NCBI GenBank assembly: GCA_000004985.1
Contig: GG738856.1
DNA: 64,000 nt
Strand: one strand, 5' to 3'
Source: Naegleria gruberi
Taxonomy: Eukaryota
Position numbers and translations under genes: made by a program. This document shows positions 10,654 to 22,114 of this stretch, piece after piece (the stretch's first letter is position 1; each line of letters opens with the position of its first letter). The notes beneath the pieces were generated by a model, which searched no databases, had not been told where the DNA came from, and was given only the letters and a program-made list of their open reading frames with translations.

Positions 10654-10899
10654 ATTTTTTTATACCATATATATTTGAAAGAGAAGAATTTTGATGAAGA
10701 TTAATAAGGAAATTAACAAACCTATTTTAAAAATTGGCGGTAAATAACTACAATTCATCATTGAATAGCCTTTAAAAAAACAATCAAAAACACATCTCTC
10801 TATCTTATTATTATTTTAATAAATAATAATAATATCTATTCAACAATACATCATTCTCAACAATTTCATACAAATCTTAGTAGTAATTTTAATAATAAT

Positions 10900-12636
10900 A
10901 TGAGGAAATTAGATATACAACAAATATTATCTTCACCTCTTACTCAACAACAACAACAAGTTTCACCTAAATATCATCATCCACATCATAATACAAATGT
11001 TAGCCCTCATCATGTCACTTTTTTATCACCACCTCAAACTTCAAATTCATCATCAACAACACCATCCCACCAACATCAACCTCCTTCATCAATAATACAT
11101 TCACAACAATATCTTCATCCACCAATAAATAATTCAACAACATCATTACAACCACCTAATAGTTCTGGAACAGTATCATATGGTGGATTAGGAGGATATA
11201 GTGGAATGCCACCTTATTCACCTATTTTAAATCAACACAATTTAAAACCCAAACGTATTAAATCAAGTATTGAAAGAAAATCACAGAAAATACCATGGGA
11301 ATTACCAACTATTAAAAGAGTTATTAGAATACAAAGTGCACCTAGGAAATATGTTAATAATTCATCATCTTCATCATCTTCATCTTCAAATATTAAATAT
11401 CAACGTAATATAAATACAAGTATATGTAGTGATGGTAAAATTGTATCAAGAAGAAAATATGAACAAGAACAAGAATTTACAAATGAATATGAAACACAAA
11501 GTTATCATGATGATGATCAAGATGAAGATGATGTAAATAATATAATAGATGATGATAATGAATATTTAGAAGAGGAAGAATATGAAGAAGAAGAACCAGA
11601 ATATATTTCAAATTATCATCCAAAACATTTTCATCGTAATATTGAACAAGATGAATTAGAACAACAACAACAATATGAATTGGAACAATCACAACAATAT
11701 GAATCAACAGAAGATGAACAATATGAAGAAGAACCAGAAGAAAGAGAAGATGAATATCAACAAGATGATAATATTTCATATAATTCAAATAATAATTCAA
11801 ATAATTTCAATAACAAACGAGTGATTAATAATGGAAAGAAATCATTTAAAAATCAATTAAATAATAATAGAAAAATTCAACAACAACAATATGAAGAAGA
11901 AAATAATGAAGAGGAACAACCTATTATTGAAGAAGAAGAAGAATCAAAACAATCTATAATAGAAGAAGAAGATGATTATACACCTCCACCACCTAAACCT
12001 AAAAAACCATTTTTAAAAAAAAAGAAACCTATTTCTGTAATACCTCCTAAAAATAATAATATGAAAAAATCAAAATCAAATTCAAATATAGAAGATGAAA
12101 ATAATTTAAATATTTTAAATAATTCTAATAATAGTAGTAATAATATAAATAATATAAATGAAGAATTAATTAATGAAATTTCATTTAATTATGAAGGAGA
12201 AGGAGGAGGAAGTGGAGATGAATTTTCATCAAGTTTAAATAGTAGTTTTAAAAGTACATATTCAAGTAGAAGTTTAAAATCTAGTAGAAGAAGAGTTTTA
12301 AATAGATATAATGATACTTCTATAAATAGTAATATTAATGTTAATAATTCAAATTCTAATAATAATTTAAATAATTTAAATAATAAATTAAATAAGAAAT
12401 ATATTTTAAAAGAAGGTGAAGATTCTATAATAGTTTCATTAGGTAATAAAAATCAACCACCACAATCTAAAAATAATTTAAAAAGAAATTTAATTACTCC
12501 TATAAATGGAAATAATAATTTATTTGTAAATGTTAATAATAATAATAATTTAAATTCAAGTATTGGTCAAAATAATGAAGATGAAATATTAGATAAATGT
12601 TTAAATGATCCTGAAAATGAAATATTGGTATGTTAA
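10900..12636 (+). CDS. Low-complexity N/Q-rich acidic protein, function unknown. It may continue through small 3' exons, for example a candidate exon at about 12716..12807 encoding 'NCIEFIQSEGWEDQLSGIMLIIRLAKFHSDVIDSK'.
   Basis: ATG at 10900. The track ORF ends '...EILVC*', but 'TTG|GTATGT' at 12626 is a good donor. A downstream AT-rich stretch ends in 'aaatag', followed by an open frame and a second GTATGT at 12808. The downstream exon structure is not resolved. Confidence 0.45.
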   Translation: MRKLDIQQILSSPLTQQQQQVSPKYHHPHHNTNVSPHHVTFLSPPQTSNSSSTTPSHQHQPPSSIIHSQQYLHPPINNSTTSLQPPNSSGTVSYGGLGGYSGMPPYSPILNQHNLKPKRIKSSIERKSQKIPWELPTIKRVIRIQSAPRKYVNNSSSSSSSSSNIKYQRNINTSICSDGKIVSRRKYEQEQEFTNEYETQSYHDDDQDEDDVNNIIDDDNEYLEEEEYEEEEPEYISNYHPKHFHRNIEQDELEQQQQYELEQSQQYESTEDEQYEEEPEEREDEYQQDDNISYNSNNNSNNFNNKRVINNGKKSFKNQLNNNRKIQQQQYEEENNEEEQPIIEEEEESKQSIIEEEDDYTPPPPKPKKPFLKKKKPISVIPPKNNNMKKSKSNSNIEDENNLNILNNSNNSSNNINNINEELINEISFNYEGEGGGSGDEFSSSLNSSFKSTYSSRSLKSSRRRVLNRYNDTSINSNINVNNSNSNNNLNNLNNKLNKKYILKEGEDSIIVSLGNKNQPPQSKNNLKRNLITPINGNNNLFVNVNNNNNLNSSIGQNNEDEILDKCLNDPENEILVC

Positions 12637-13879
12637 TTTAATATTTAATATTTATTTAATATTTAATTTAATGATCATGTATTTAAATAATTTAAATAGA
12701 ATTGTATTGAATTTATTCAATCAGAAGGATGGGAAGATCAATTATCAGGTATAATGTTAATTATAAGATTAGCTAAATTTCATTCAGATGTTATTGATTC
12801 TAAAATGTATGTTTTTATTTAATAATTTTAATAATTTTATAATAATTTTAAAATAATTTTATAATAATTTTAATAATAATATTATAATCATGTTAATGAT
12901 AAGATTTATTGGGATTTTGTTAAAATTATTGATAAAAATTAATTCTTTTTTAATTTTTTATTAATCCAAATATATTCTTGTTTCTGAGCTTATTATATTT
13001 CCTATATCACTAAGATGTACATCATAAAATAGACAAAAGAGAGGAATTGAAATATTTGTTACAAAAGTTATGTACTACTACCTATTACATTTCTAAGTTG
13101 GGTTGCAATATAAATTATAAACGTAAGTGCTATTGACTAATTATGTTCAATAAATTAACTAGACTATTGAATACAGTGTACTTGTGTATATTTCTAAAAC
13201 AACTAACTAATTCTAAACATAGAATATATAATAGAGTACAATATTGATAATAAACTCCATAACAGCAACAATAGTCATAAGACGACCGAAATCAATCGAG
13301 TAATATAATATCAGTAACCAGTAACTAAACGAATGTATTTAGTCATTCAAAATAATGGCGTTAACATAACACTGCACTTCAAAAACTTATTGTATATTCT
13401 GTGTTACCAATACACTTTACTTACACAAGCATCTTCAACCTATATTATTTGATGAAGACACCACAAGATTAGAATACGTAAGATATGTTAAGTACTGATA
13501 ACAGATATTACCTATGTGTATAACATCCACTATCTGCAGTCAATGCGTGTGTACAATTCACTACACTCTTACGAAATAAATTGTGTTACAACTTGATATT
13601 GCCCCGAGTTCGTAATGCGTACTCTAACGACTTGGTATGTTCACAAAAAAATTGAGATTTTCCATGCATAAACTAAGGAAATGGATGAACAGAGGGAAAA
13701 GGCAACAAATTTAAGCTTCCAACACAAAGATCAGCCCAATCATTAGTCTCTCTATTAACAAATAACTGTCTCATGCCACTTGATGCCACGTTGAATTCGT
13801 TTGATTCAACGACCATGTGAAATCTCATTGCTGATGTTATGAGATTGGACATTAAATGTCATTTATCAATTAAAAAAAA

Positions 13880-14579
13880 ATGACATTAAGAGAAATTATT
13901 AAACAAAATATTAATGATCTTTTAGATTGTACTCAACAATGTATTCTAGGAAATGTTAGTATTTTTATTAATTGTATTCTATATTTAAATTATAATTTTA
14001 AAATTAAAAAAGGGATTTAAAATTGAATTATTACCATCATCTAATAATAATAATAATAATATTCAACAAGGTAATAATAGTGGTGATAATGATAAAATAG
14101 AAATTAAATGTAAAATAGAAGGACCTATTAATAGTATATTAGAAGGTGGATCATATCCTATTTTAATAATAATAACATCAAATGAATATCCATTAAAACC
14201 ACCTAAATGTATTTGTAAATGTGGAATATGTCATCCAAATATATATCCAAGTGGTACTATGGATTTACCATTATTACAATCAAATAATTGGAATCAATTT
14301 ATTTTAACTAATAATTTAAATAATATAAATAATAATATAAATAATTTAAATATAATTAAAATATTATTATTAGAAATTCAAAAATTTTTAATTGAATATA
14401 ATATAAATGATCCATGTAATTGTGAAGGATATTTATTAATTAAAAATCAATTACAATTATTTAATTCATTAGCAAGAAAACAAGCAATTTTATATAAATA
14501 TGATAATAGAATAATTAATCAACATTTTAAATTGAATTTTAATTTATTATTTAATGATTGTTATTTTAATTTTAATTAA
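13880..14579 (+). CDS. Ubiquitin-conjugating-enzyme-like (UBC fold) protein lacking the catalytic cysteine, an E2 variant. Two exons, 13880..13954 and 14013..14579.
   Basis: Exon 1 encodes 'MTLREIIKQNINDLLDCTQQCILGN' followed by a GTTAGT donor. After the 58-nt intron the same frame gives 'GGSYPILIIITSNEYPLKPPKCICKCGICHPNIYPSGTMDLPLL...W'. This matches the E2 core 'GGxFxxxIxFPxxYPFKPPKVxFxTKIxHPNIxxxGxICLDIL' with Asp in place of the active-site Cys. Confidence 0.5.
13955..14012 (+). other. Spliceosomal intron (58 nt) of the UBC-like gene.
   Basis: AAT|GTTAGT donor and AAAAAG| acceptor. The frame matches the downstream track ORF at 14259. Confidence 0.45.
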
Positions 14580-14681
14580 ATATTATTATTATTATTATTA
14601 TTGTAATTAAAAATATAATAATAATAATATTAATGAATAAATTGTTGTTGTTTAAAATTCTTCAAGTTCAATTAAAAAAAA

Positions 14682-15482
14682 ATGACCAACGATAAAATAT
14701 CAACTACAACAACAACACCTTCATCATCTGATCAACAAGAAGAAGAACAACAACATCACTCCGATGCTTCTTCTTCTTCTTCATCATCATTATCTGATAG
14801 TAGTGATCATGAAGATGAAAATACAACAATAACATCATCATCTAATAATAATAATAATTCTAATTCTTCTAATAATAATAATAATAATAAATTATCAAAA
14901 TATTCACAAAGATTATTTAATTTACAATTAAGAATGAATCAAGCTAAACAAGATAATATAGAACAATTAAAAGAAGAAGAAGAAGAATTAGATTATAAAA
15001 AGAAAGTTTATTATAAACATAAAAATATAATTGAAAATGAAATGATGACACATATAAATGTAACATTGAATGAATCTCTAGAATTTGAGAAGAAGAGAAA
15101 ACGTTCACAAAAAGAACAACCACAAGGATGGGAATCTTTAAATTCAAATGCATTATATAAACAACATAAAAAGAGAATTAAACAAAATATTACAAATACT
15201 AATAATAATATTACAAATACAAATACAAATATTAATGAATCAACATTAGATAATAATTTATTATCATATGGATCAACTATTAATAATAATAATTTAATAA
15301 CAGAAGAGAATAAACAAGTAATGGTAAATGAATTGACACAAAAAAAGAAATCAAATAAAAAGAAGAAGAATGATGAAGATTCAGATGAAACTGTATTATA
15401 TATTAATAATACTAACAAACATTTTACAAAATCTCTAAGTAAAGCCTATGATAATATACTGATGATATTAGATCTAATTTAG
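14682..15482 (+). CDS. SYF2: Pre-mRNA splicing factor SYF2 homologue. Its 3' end abuts the assembly gap, so the C-terminus is unreliable.
   Basis: Colinear similarity to SYF2: 'RLFNLQLRMNQAKQDNIEQLKEEEE', 'EFEKKRKRSQKEQPQGWESLNSNALYKQHKKRIKQ' and 'DSDETVLYINNTNKHFTKSLSKAYDN' (compare human '...[23 protein letters not shown]...'). The last 8 codons before the N run do not match the conserved SYF2 end. Confidence 0.6.
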   Translation: MTNDKISTTTTTPSSSDQQEEEQQHHSDASSSSSSSLSDSSDHEDENTTITSSSNNNNNSNSSNNNNNNKLSKYSQRLFNLQLRMNQAKQDNIEQLKEEEEELDYKKKVYYKHKNIIENEMMTHINVTLNESLEFEKKRKRSQKEQPQGWESLNSNALYKQHKKRIKQNITNTNNNITNTNTNINESTLDNNLLSYGSTINNNNLITEENKQVMVNELTQKKKSNKKKKNDEDSDETVLYINNTNKHFTKSLSKAYDNILMILDLI

Positions 15483-15483
15483 A

Positions 15484-18400
15484 NNNNNNNNNNNNNNNNN
15501 NNNNNNNNNNNNNNNNNNNNNNNNNNNNNNNNNNNNNNNNNNNNNNNNNNNNNNNNNNNNNNNNNNNNNNNNNNNNNNNNNNNNNNNNNNNNNNNNNNNN
15601 NNNNNNNNNNNNNNNNNNNNNNNNNNNNNNNNNNNNNNNNNNNNNNNNNNNNNNNNNNNNNNNNNNNNNNNNNNNNNNNNNNNNNNNNNNNNNNNNNNNN
15701 NNNNNNNNNNNNNNNNNNNNNNNNNNNNNNNNNNNNNNNNNNNNNNNNNNNNNNNNNNNNNNNNNNNNNNNNNNNNNNNNNNNNNNNNNNNNNNNNNNNN
15801 NNNNNNNNNNNNNNNNNNNNNNNNNNNNNNNNNNNNNNNNNNNNNNNNNNNNNNNNNNNNNNNNNNNNNNNNNNNNNNNNNNNNNNNNNNNNNNNNNNNN
15901 NNNNNNNNNNNNNNNNNNNNNNNNNNNNNNNNNNNNNNNNNNNNNNNNNNNNNNNNNNNNNNNNNNNNNNNNNNNNNNNNNNNNNNNNNNNNNNNNNNNN
16001 NNNNNNNNNNNNNNNNNNNNNNNNNNNNNNNNNNNNNNNNNNNNNNNNNNNNNNNNNNNNNNNNNNNNNNNNNNNNNNNNNNNNNNNNNNNNNNNNNNNN
16101 NNNNNNNNNNNNNNNNNNNNNNNNNNNNNNNNNNNNNNNNNNNNNNNNNNNNNNNNNNNNNNNNNNNNNNNNNNNNNNNNNNNNNNNNNNNNNNNNNNNN
16201 NNNNNNNNNNNNNNNNNNNNNNNNNNNNNNNNNNNNNNNNNNNNNNNNNNNNNNNNNNNNNNNNNNNNNNNNNNNNNNNNNNNNNNNNNNNNNNNNNNNN
16301 NNNNNNNNNNNNNNNNNNNNNNNNNNNNNNNNNNNNNNNNNNNNNNNNNNNNNNNNNNNNNNNNNNNNNNNNNNNNNNNNNNNNNNNNNNNNNNNNNNNN
16401 NNNNNNNNNNNNNNNNNNNNNNNNNNNNNNNNNNNNNNNNNNNNNNNNNNNNNNNNNNNNNNNNNNNNNNNNNNNNNNNNNNNNNNNNNNNNNNNNNNNN
16501 NNNNNNNNNNNNNNNNNNNNNNNNNNNNNNNNNNNNNNNNNNNNNNNNNNNNNNNNNNNNNNNNNNNNNNNNNNNNNNNNNNNNNNNNNNNNNNNNNNNN
16601 NNNNNNNNNNNNNNNNNNNNNNNNNNNNNNNNNNNNNNNNNNNNNNNNNNNNNNNNNNNNNNNNNNNNNNNNNNNNNNNNNNNNNNNNNNNNNNNNNNNN
16701 NNNNNNNNNNNNNNNNNNNNNNNNNNNNNNNNNNNNNNNNNNNNNNNNNNNNNNNNNNNNNNNNNNNNNNNNNNNNNNNNNNNNNNNNNNNNNNNNNNNN
16801 NNNNNNNNNNNNNNNNNNNNNNNNNNNNNNNNNNNNNNNNNNNNNNNNNNNNNNNNNNNNNNNNNNNNNNNNNNNNNNNNNNNNNNNNNNNNNNNNNNNN
16901 NNNNNNNNNNNNNNNNNNNNNNNNNNNNNNNNNNNNNNNNNNNNNNNNNNNNNNNNNNNNNNNNNNNNNNNNNNNNNNNNNNNNNNNNNNNNNNNNNNNN
17001 NNNNNNNNNNNNNNNNNNNNNNNNNNNNNNNNNNNNNNNNNNNNNNNNNNNNNNNNNNNNNNNNNNNNNNNNNNNNNNNNNNNNNNNNNNNNNNNNNNNN
17101 NNNNNNNNNNNNNNNNNNNNNNNNNNNNNNNNNNNNNNNNNNNNNNNNNNNNNNNNNNNNNNNNNNNNNNNNNNNNNNNNNNNNNNNNNNNNNNNNNNNN
17201 NNNNNNNNNNNNNNNNNNNNNNNNNNNNNNNNNNNNNNNNNNNNNNNNNNNNNNNNNNNNNNNNNNNNNNNNNNNNNNNNNNNNNNNNNNNNNNNNNNNN
17301 NNNNNNNNNNNNNNNNNNNNNNNNNNNNNNNNNNNNNNNNNNNNNNNNNNNNNNNNNNNNNNNNNNNNNNNNNNNNNNNNNNNNNNNNNNNNNNNNNNNN
17401 NNNNNNNNNNNNNNNNNNNNNNNNNNNNNNNNNNNNNNNNNNNNNNNNNNNNNNNNNNNNNNNNNNNNNNNNNNNNNNNNNNNNNNNNNNNNNNNNNNNN
17501 NNNNNNNNNNNNNNNNNNNNNNNNNNNNNNNNNNNNNNNNNNNNNNNNNNNNNNNNNNNNNNNNNNNNNNNNNNNNNNNNNNNNNNNNNNNNNNNNNNNN
17601 NNNNNNNNNNNNNNNNNNNNNNNNNNNNNNNNNNNNNNNNNNNNNNNNNNNNNNNNNNNNNNNNNNNNNNNNNNNNNNNNNNNNNNNNNNNNNNNNNNNN
17701 NNNNNNNNNNNNNNNNNNNNNNNNNNNNNNNNNNNNNNNNNNNNNNNNNNNNNNNNNNNNNNNNNNNNNNNNNNNNNNNNNNNNNNNNNNNNNNNNNNNN
17801 NNNNNNNNNNNNNNNNNNNNNNNNNNNNNNNNNNNNNNNNNNNNNNNNNNNNNNNNNNNNNNNNNNNNNNNNNNNNNNNNNNNNNNNNNNNNNNNNNNNN
17901 NNNNNNNNNNNNNNNNNNNNNNNNNNNNNNNNNNNNNNNNNNNNNNNNNNNNNNNNNNNNNNNNNNNNNNNNNNNNNNNNNNNNNNNNNNNNNNNNNNNN
18001 NNNNNNNNNNNNNNNNNNNNNNNNNNNNNNNNNNNNNNNNNNNNNNNNNNNNNNNNNNNNNNNNNNNNNNNNNNNNNNNNNNNNNNNNNNNNNNNNNNNN
18101 NNNNNNNNNNNNNNNNNNNNNNNNNNNNNNNNNNNNNNNNNNNNNNNNNNNNNNNNNNNNNNNNNNNNNNNNNNNNNNNNNNNNNNNNNNNNNNNNNNNN
18201 NNNNNNNNNNNNNNNNNNNNNNNNNNNNNNNNNNNNNNNNNNNNNNNNNNNNNNNNNNNNNNNNNNNNNNNNNNNNNNNNNNNNNNNNNNNNNNNNNNNN
18301 NNNNNNNNNNNNNNNNNNNNNNNNNNNNNNNNNNNNNNNNNNNNNNNNNNNNNNNNNNNNNNNNNNNNNNNNNNNNNNNNNNNNNNNNNNNNNNNNNNNN

Positions 18401-19244
18401 NNNNNNNNNNNNNNNNNNNNNNNNNNNNNNNNNNNNNNNNNNNNNNNNNNNNNNNNNNNNNNNNNNNNNNNNNNNNNNNNNNNNNNNNNNNNNNNNNNNN
18501 NNNNNNNNNNNNNNNNNNNNNNNNNNNNNNNNNNNNNNNNNNNNNNNNNNNNNNNNNNNNNNNNNNNNNNNNNNNNNNNNNNNNNNNNNNNNNNNNNNNN
18601 NNNNNNNNNNNNNNNNNNNNNNNNNNNNNNNNNNNNNNNNNNNNNNNNNNNNNNNNNNNNNNNNNNNNNNNNNNNNNNNNNNNNNNNNNNNNNNNNNNNN
18701 NNNNNNNNNNNNNNNNNNNNNNNNNNNNNNNNNNNNNNNNNNNNNNNNNNNNNNNNNNNNNNNNNNNNNNNNNNNNNNNNNNNNNNNNNNNNNNNNNNNN
18801 NNNNNNNNNNNNNNNNNNNNNNNNNNNNNNNNNNNNNNNNNNNNNNNNNNNNNNNNNNNNNNNNNNNNNNNNNNNNNNNNNNNNNNNNNNNNNNNNNNNN
18901 NNNNNNNNNNNNNNNNNNNNNNNNNNNNNNNNNNNNNNNNNNNNNNNNNNNNNNNNNNNNNNNNNNNNNNNNNNNNNNNNNNNNNNNNNNNNNNNNNNNN
19001 NNNNNNNNNNNNNNNNNNNNNNNNNNNNNNNNNNNNNNNNNNNNNNNNNNNNNNNNNNNNNNNNNNNNNNNNNNNNNNNNNNNNNNNNNNNNNNNNNNNN
19101 NNNNNNNNNNNNNNNNNNNNNNNNNNNNNNNNNNNNNNNNNNNNNNNNNNNNNNNNNNNNNNNNNNNNNNNNNNNNNNNNNNNNNNNNNNNNNNNNNNNN
19201 NNNNNNNNNNNNNNNNNNNNNNNNNNNNNNNNNNNNNNNNNNNN
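15484..19244. other. Assembly gap (run of N, 3761 nt).
   Basis: Literal N characters. Track ORFs crossing this run (15424..19269, 15479..19249) are artefacts. Confidence 1.
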
Positions 19245-20445
19245 TGCACTTACATTGGATCAAATTCATAGAGCAGTATTTGTTAGTATTAATACACCTA
19301 TTGAAACATTATCAGTACAAGAATTATCAAATTTCTTTTCATTTTGTGGTAGTGTTGAAAAGATTATAATGGTAGATGATTTAAATGGAGCAGTTGTATG
19401 TTTAGAAAATAATGAATCATTCTCTACTTCATTATTATTAAATGAAATGAAATTAAATGAAAAGACACAATTATATATTTTTAATTTGTGTGATTTACTT
19501 GGAATTCCAAGAAAAAAATCATCACCTAATCAAGTACCATTAAATAATTCACAACAACATCAACAACAATATGAAACATTTGAAACACCTTCATCACAAT
19601 TAGCTATTCAAGGATTATTTCAAGAAGGTTTTATTCAATCTAAATTAATATTTGAACAATTAAAAAGTAAAGCTATTAAATTAGATCAAGAGAATGATAT
19701 TTCTAAAAAAGTACAATATTCATTAAATTATAGTAAAGATCAATGGATTAAATTTGCTAAACAAATGAATGAAAATGTTGAAAATGTAAAATTAACATTT
19801 ATACCAATTAGAGAATCATTTAATTTACAAACAGTTTCACAAAGAGCTGAACAATTAAATACACAAACACAACAATATTTCTCATATATTAAATCAAGAG
19901 CAAAAGAATTAGGTAAAGATTTAAATGAAAAGATTAAACAACAAGATCAAAAAACTCAATTCACTGCTAAAATTAAAGATATGAAAATTGAAGAAAATTT
20001 ATCAAAGGCAGGTGAAGCTGTTGCAAAGAATTGGTCTGCAATGACTTCTTTTTTTAAACAAAAGGTTTCATCTAATAATTCTAATAGCTCTACATTTAAT
20101 CATTCTAATAATTCAATTAATTCTACATCATATAATAATCAATATAATCAATATAATTCAAGTGAAGATTCCTATTATAATAATACACAAACAAACAAAT
20201 CATTACCACCACTTCCAAATAAGAATAAGCAACAACCAATTACTTCACTTGAACAAGATGATTCAATGTGGTCTAATGATAATAATAATTCATCAAATAA
20301 TCAACCACAATATTCATTAGATACAAATGAAGATGATGATTTCCCTGTTGAATATCAAAATACTACTACAACTAGTACTATTACTACCACTGCTAATAAT
20401 AATAATACAAATAATCAACAAAGTGCTGATAGTTTCTTTGATTAA
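19245..20445 (+). CDS. Partial CDS whose 5' end lies in the gap. It has an RRM-like N-terminal region followed by an N/Q/S-rich low-complexity tail.
   Basis: The frame is open from the first base after the gap. The track's 'M' at 19255 is a TTG. 'VFVSINTPIETLSVQELSNFFSFCGSVEKIIMVDDLNGAVVCLEN' resembles an RNP-2/RNP-1 arrangement. Confidence 0.4.
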
Positions 20446-20795
20446 ATAAAAATACTTTTATTCATTGTTAAAACAATTAAATGATATTTTCAAATAATCA
20501 ATTCATTTTCATTTTATTCGTAGCTATAATTTATAAAAATTTACAATCTTTAAAAAAAATTATTTAATTATTTAATTAAATTTATTAAATATAATTTGAA
20601 AAAAGATTACTAAATTGGATTTTCAATGGGTGGACGTATTTCTATACATTTTAGTAAATTATATTCAAAATTAGTTGATAATTTAAAAAATAAGGAAAAT
20701 GTACAAGTTATGAATACTAAAGATATGACAGTTTGGGAATTTTTTAAGATTGATTCTTCTTTTAATTAAAATAACTTAATTCTCACAAAAATTGT

Positions 20796-21064
20796 TTAAT
20801 TGATATTTCTCAAATCAACAAGTGTTTGAATAGTTTGATCAGTTGTTGTTGAGCTACTAGTTGGTTGTTGATTAGTTTCTTGTTGTTGTTGATTATTGAG
20901 TTGACCATTTTGTTGGTGCTTTGATCTTCTATTCATTCCTCTTTGCATGTTACCTTGTTGTCTTGATTTTTTCATTCCACCTGCTTTTTGCATTCTATTG
21001 TTTTGTTGAGATGATTCAGTGTTGGATTGATTACCTAAATGTTGTCTATTATTCATTTGCATTC
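20796..21064 (-). CDS. C-terminal fragment of a Q/N-rich protein whose 5' part lies in the second gap.
   Basis: Minus-strand ORF running into the N run at 21065. Function unknown. Confidence 0.3.
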
Positions 21065-21947
21065 NNNNNNNNNNNNNNNNNNNNNNNNNNNNNNNNNNNN
21101 NNNNNNNNNNNNNNNNNNNNNNNNNNNNNNNNNNNNNNNNNNNNNNNNNNNNNNNNNNNNNNNNNNNNNNNNNNNNNNNNNNNNNNNNNNNNNNNNNNNN
21201 NNNNNNNNNNNNNNNNNNNNNNNNNNNNNNNNNNNNNNNNNNNNNNNNNNNNNNNNNNNNNNNNNNNNNNNNNNNNNNNNNNNNNNNNNNNNNNNNNNNN
21301 NNNNNNNNNNNNNNNNNNNNNNNNNNNNNNNNNNNNNNNNNNNNNNNNNNNNNNNNNNNNNNNNNNNNNNNNNNNNNNNNNNNNNNNNNNNNNNNNNNNN
21401 NNNNNNNNNNNNNNNNNNNNNNNNNNNNNNNNNNNNNNNNNNNNNNNNNNNNNNNNNNNNNNNNNNNNNNNNNNNNNNNNNNNNNNNNNNNNNNNNNNNN
21501 NNNNNNNNNNNNNNNNNNNNNNNNNNNNNNNNNNNNNNNNNNNNNNNNNNNNNNNNNNNNNNNNNNNNNNNNNNNNNNNNNNNNNNNNNNNNNNNNNNNN
21601 NNNNNNNNNNNNNNNNNNNNNNNNNNNNNNNNNNNNNNNNNNNNNNNNNNNNNNNNNNNNNNNNNNNNNNNNNNNNNNNNNNNNNNNNNNNNNNNNNNNN
21701 NNNNNNNNNNNNNNNNNNNNNNNNNNNNNNNNNNNNNNNNNNNNNNNNNNNNNNNNNNNNNNNNNNNNNNNNNNNNNNNNNNNNNNNNNNNNNNNNNNNN
21801 NNNNNNNNNNNNNNNNNNNNNNNNNNNNNNNNNNNNNNNNNNNNNNNNNNNNNNNNNNNNNNNNNNNNNNNNNNNNNNNNNNNNNNNNNNNNNNNNNNNN
21901 NNNNNNNNNNNNNNNNNNNNNNNNNNNNNNNNNNNNNNNNNNNNNNN
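21065..21947. other. Assembly gap (run of N, 883 nt).
   Basis: Literal N characters. Confidence 1.
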
Positions 21948-22114
21948 GATGTATTTATGATACGAGTGGAACTATTGATTCGAACTAGTTTTTATATTAT
22001 TGTTCTAACACCATAACATCTCAATTACTATAAATGTCAATTAATGGACTAGTAGGACGGAGTTATCATTTCCAATTCCAATTCAAAGTAATTATAGCAA
22101 GTATTAAAATAAAT

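Noticed and set aside
15424-19269. Very long minus-strand ORFs of poly-X (also 15479..19249, 20921..21988 and 21039..22016).
   Set aside because: They are translations of N runs, that is, assembly gaps. They are not sequence.
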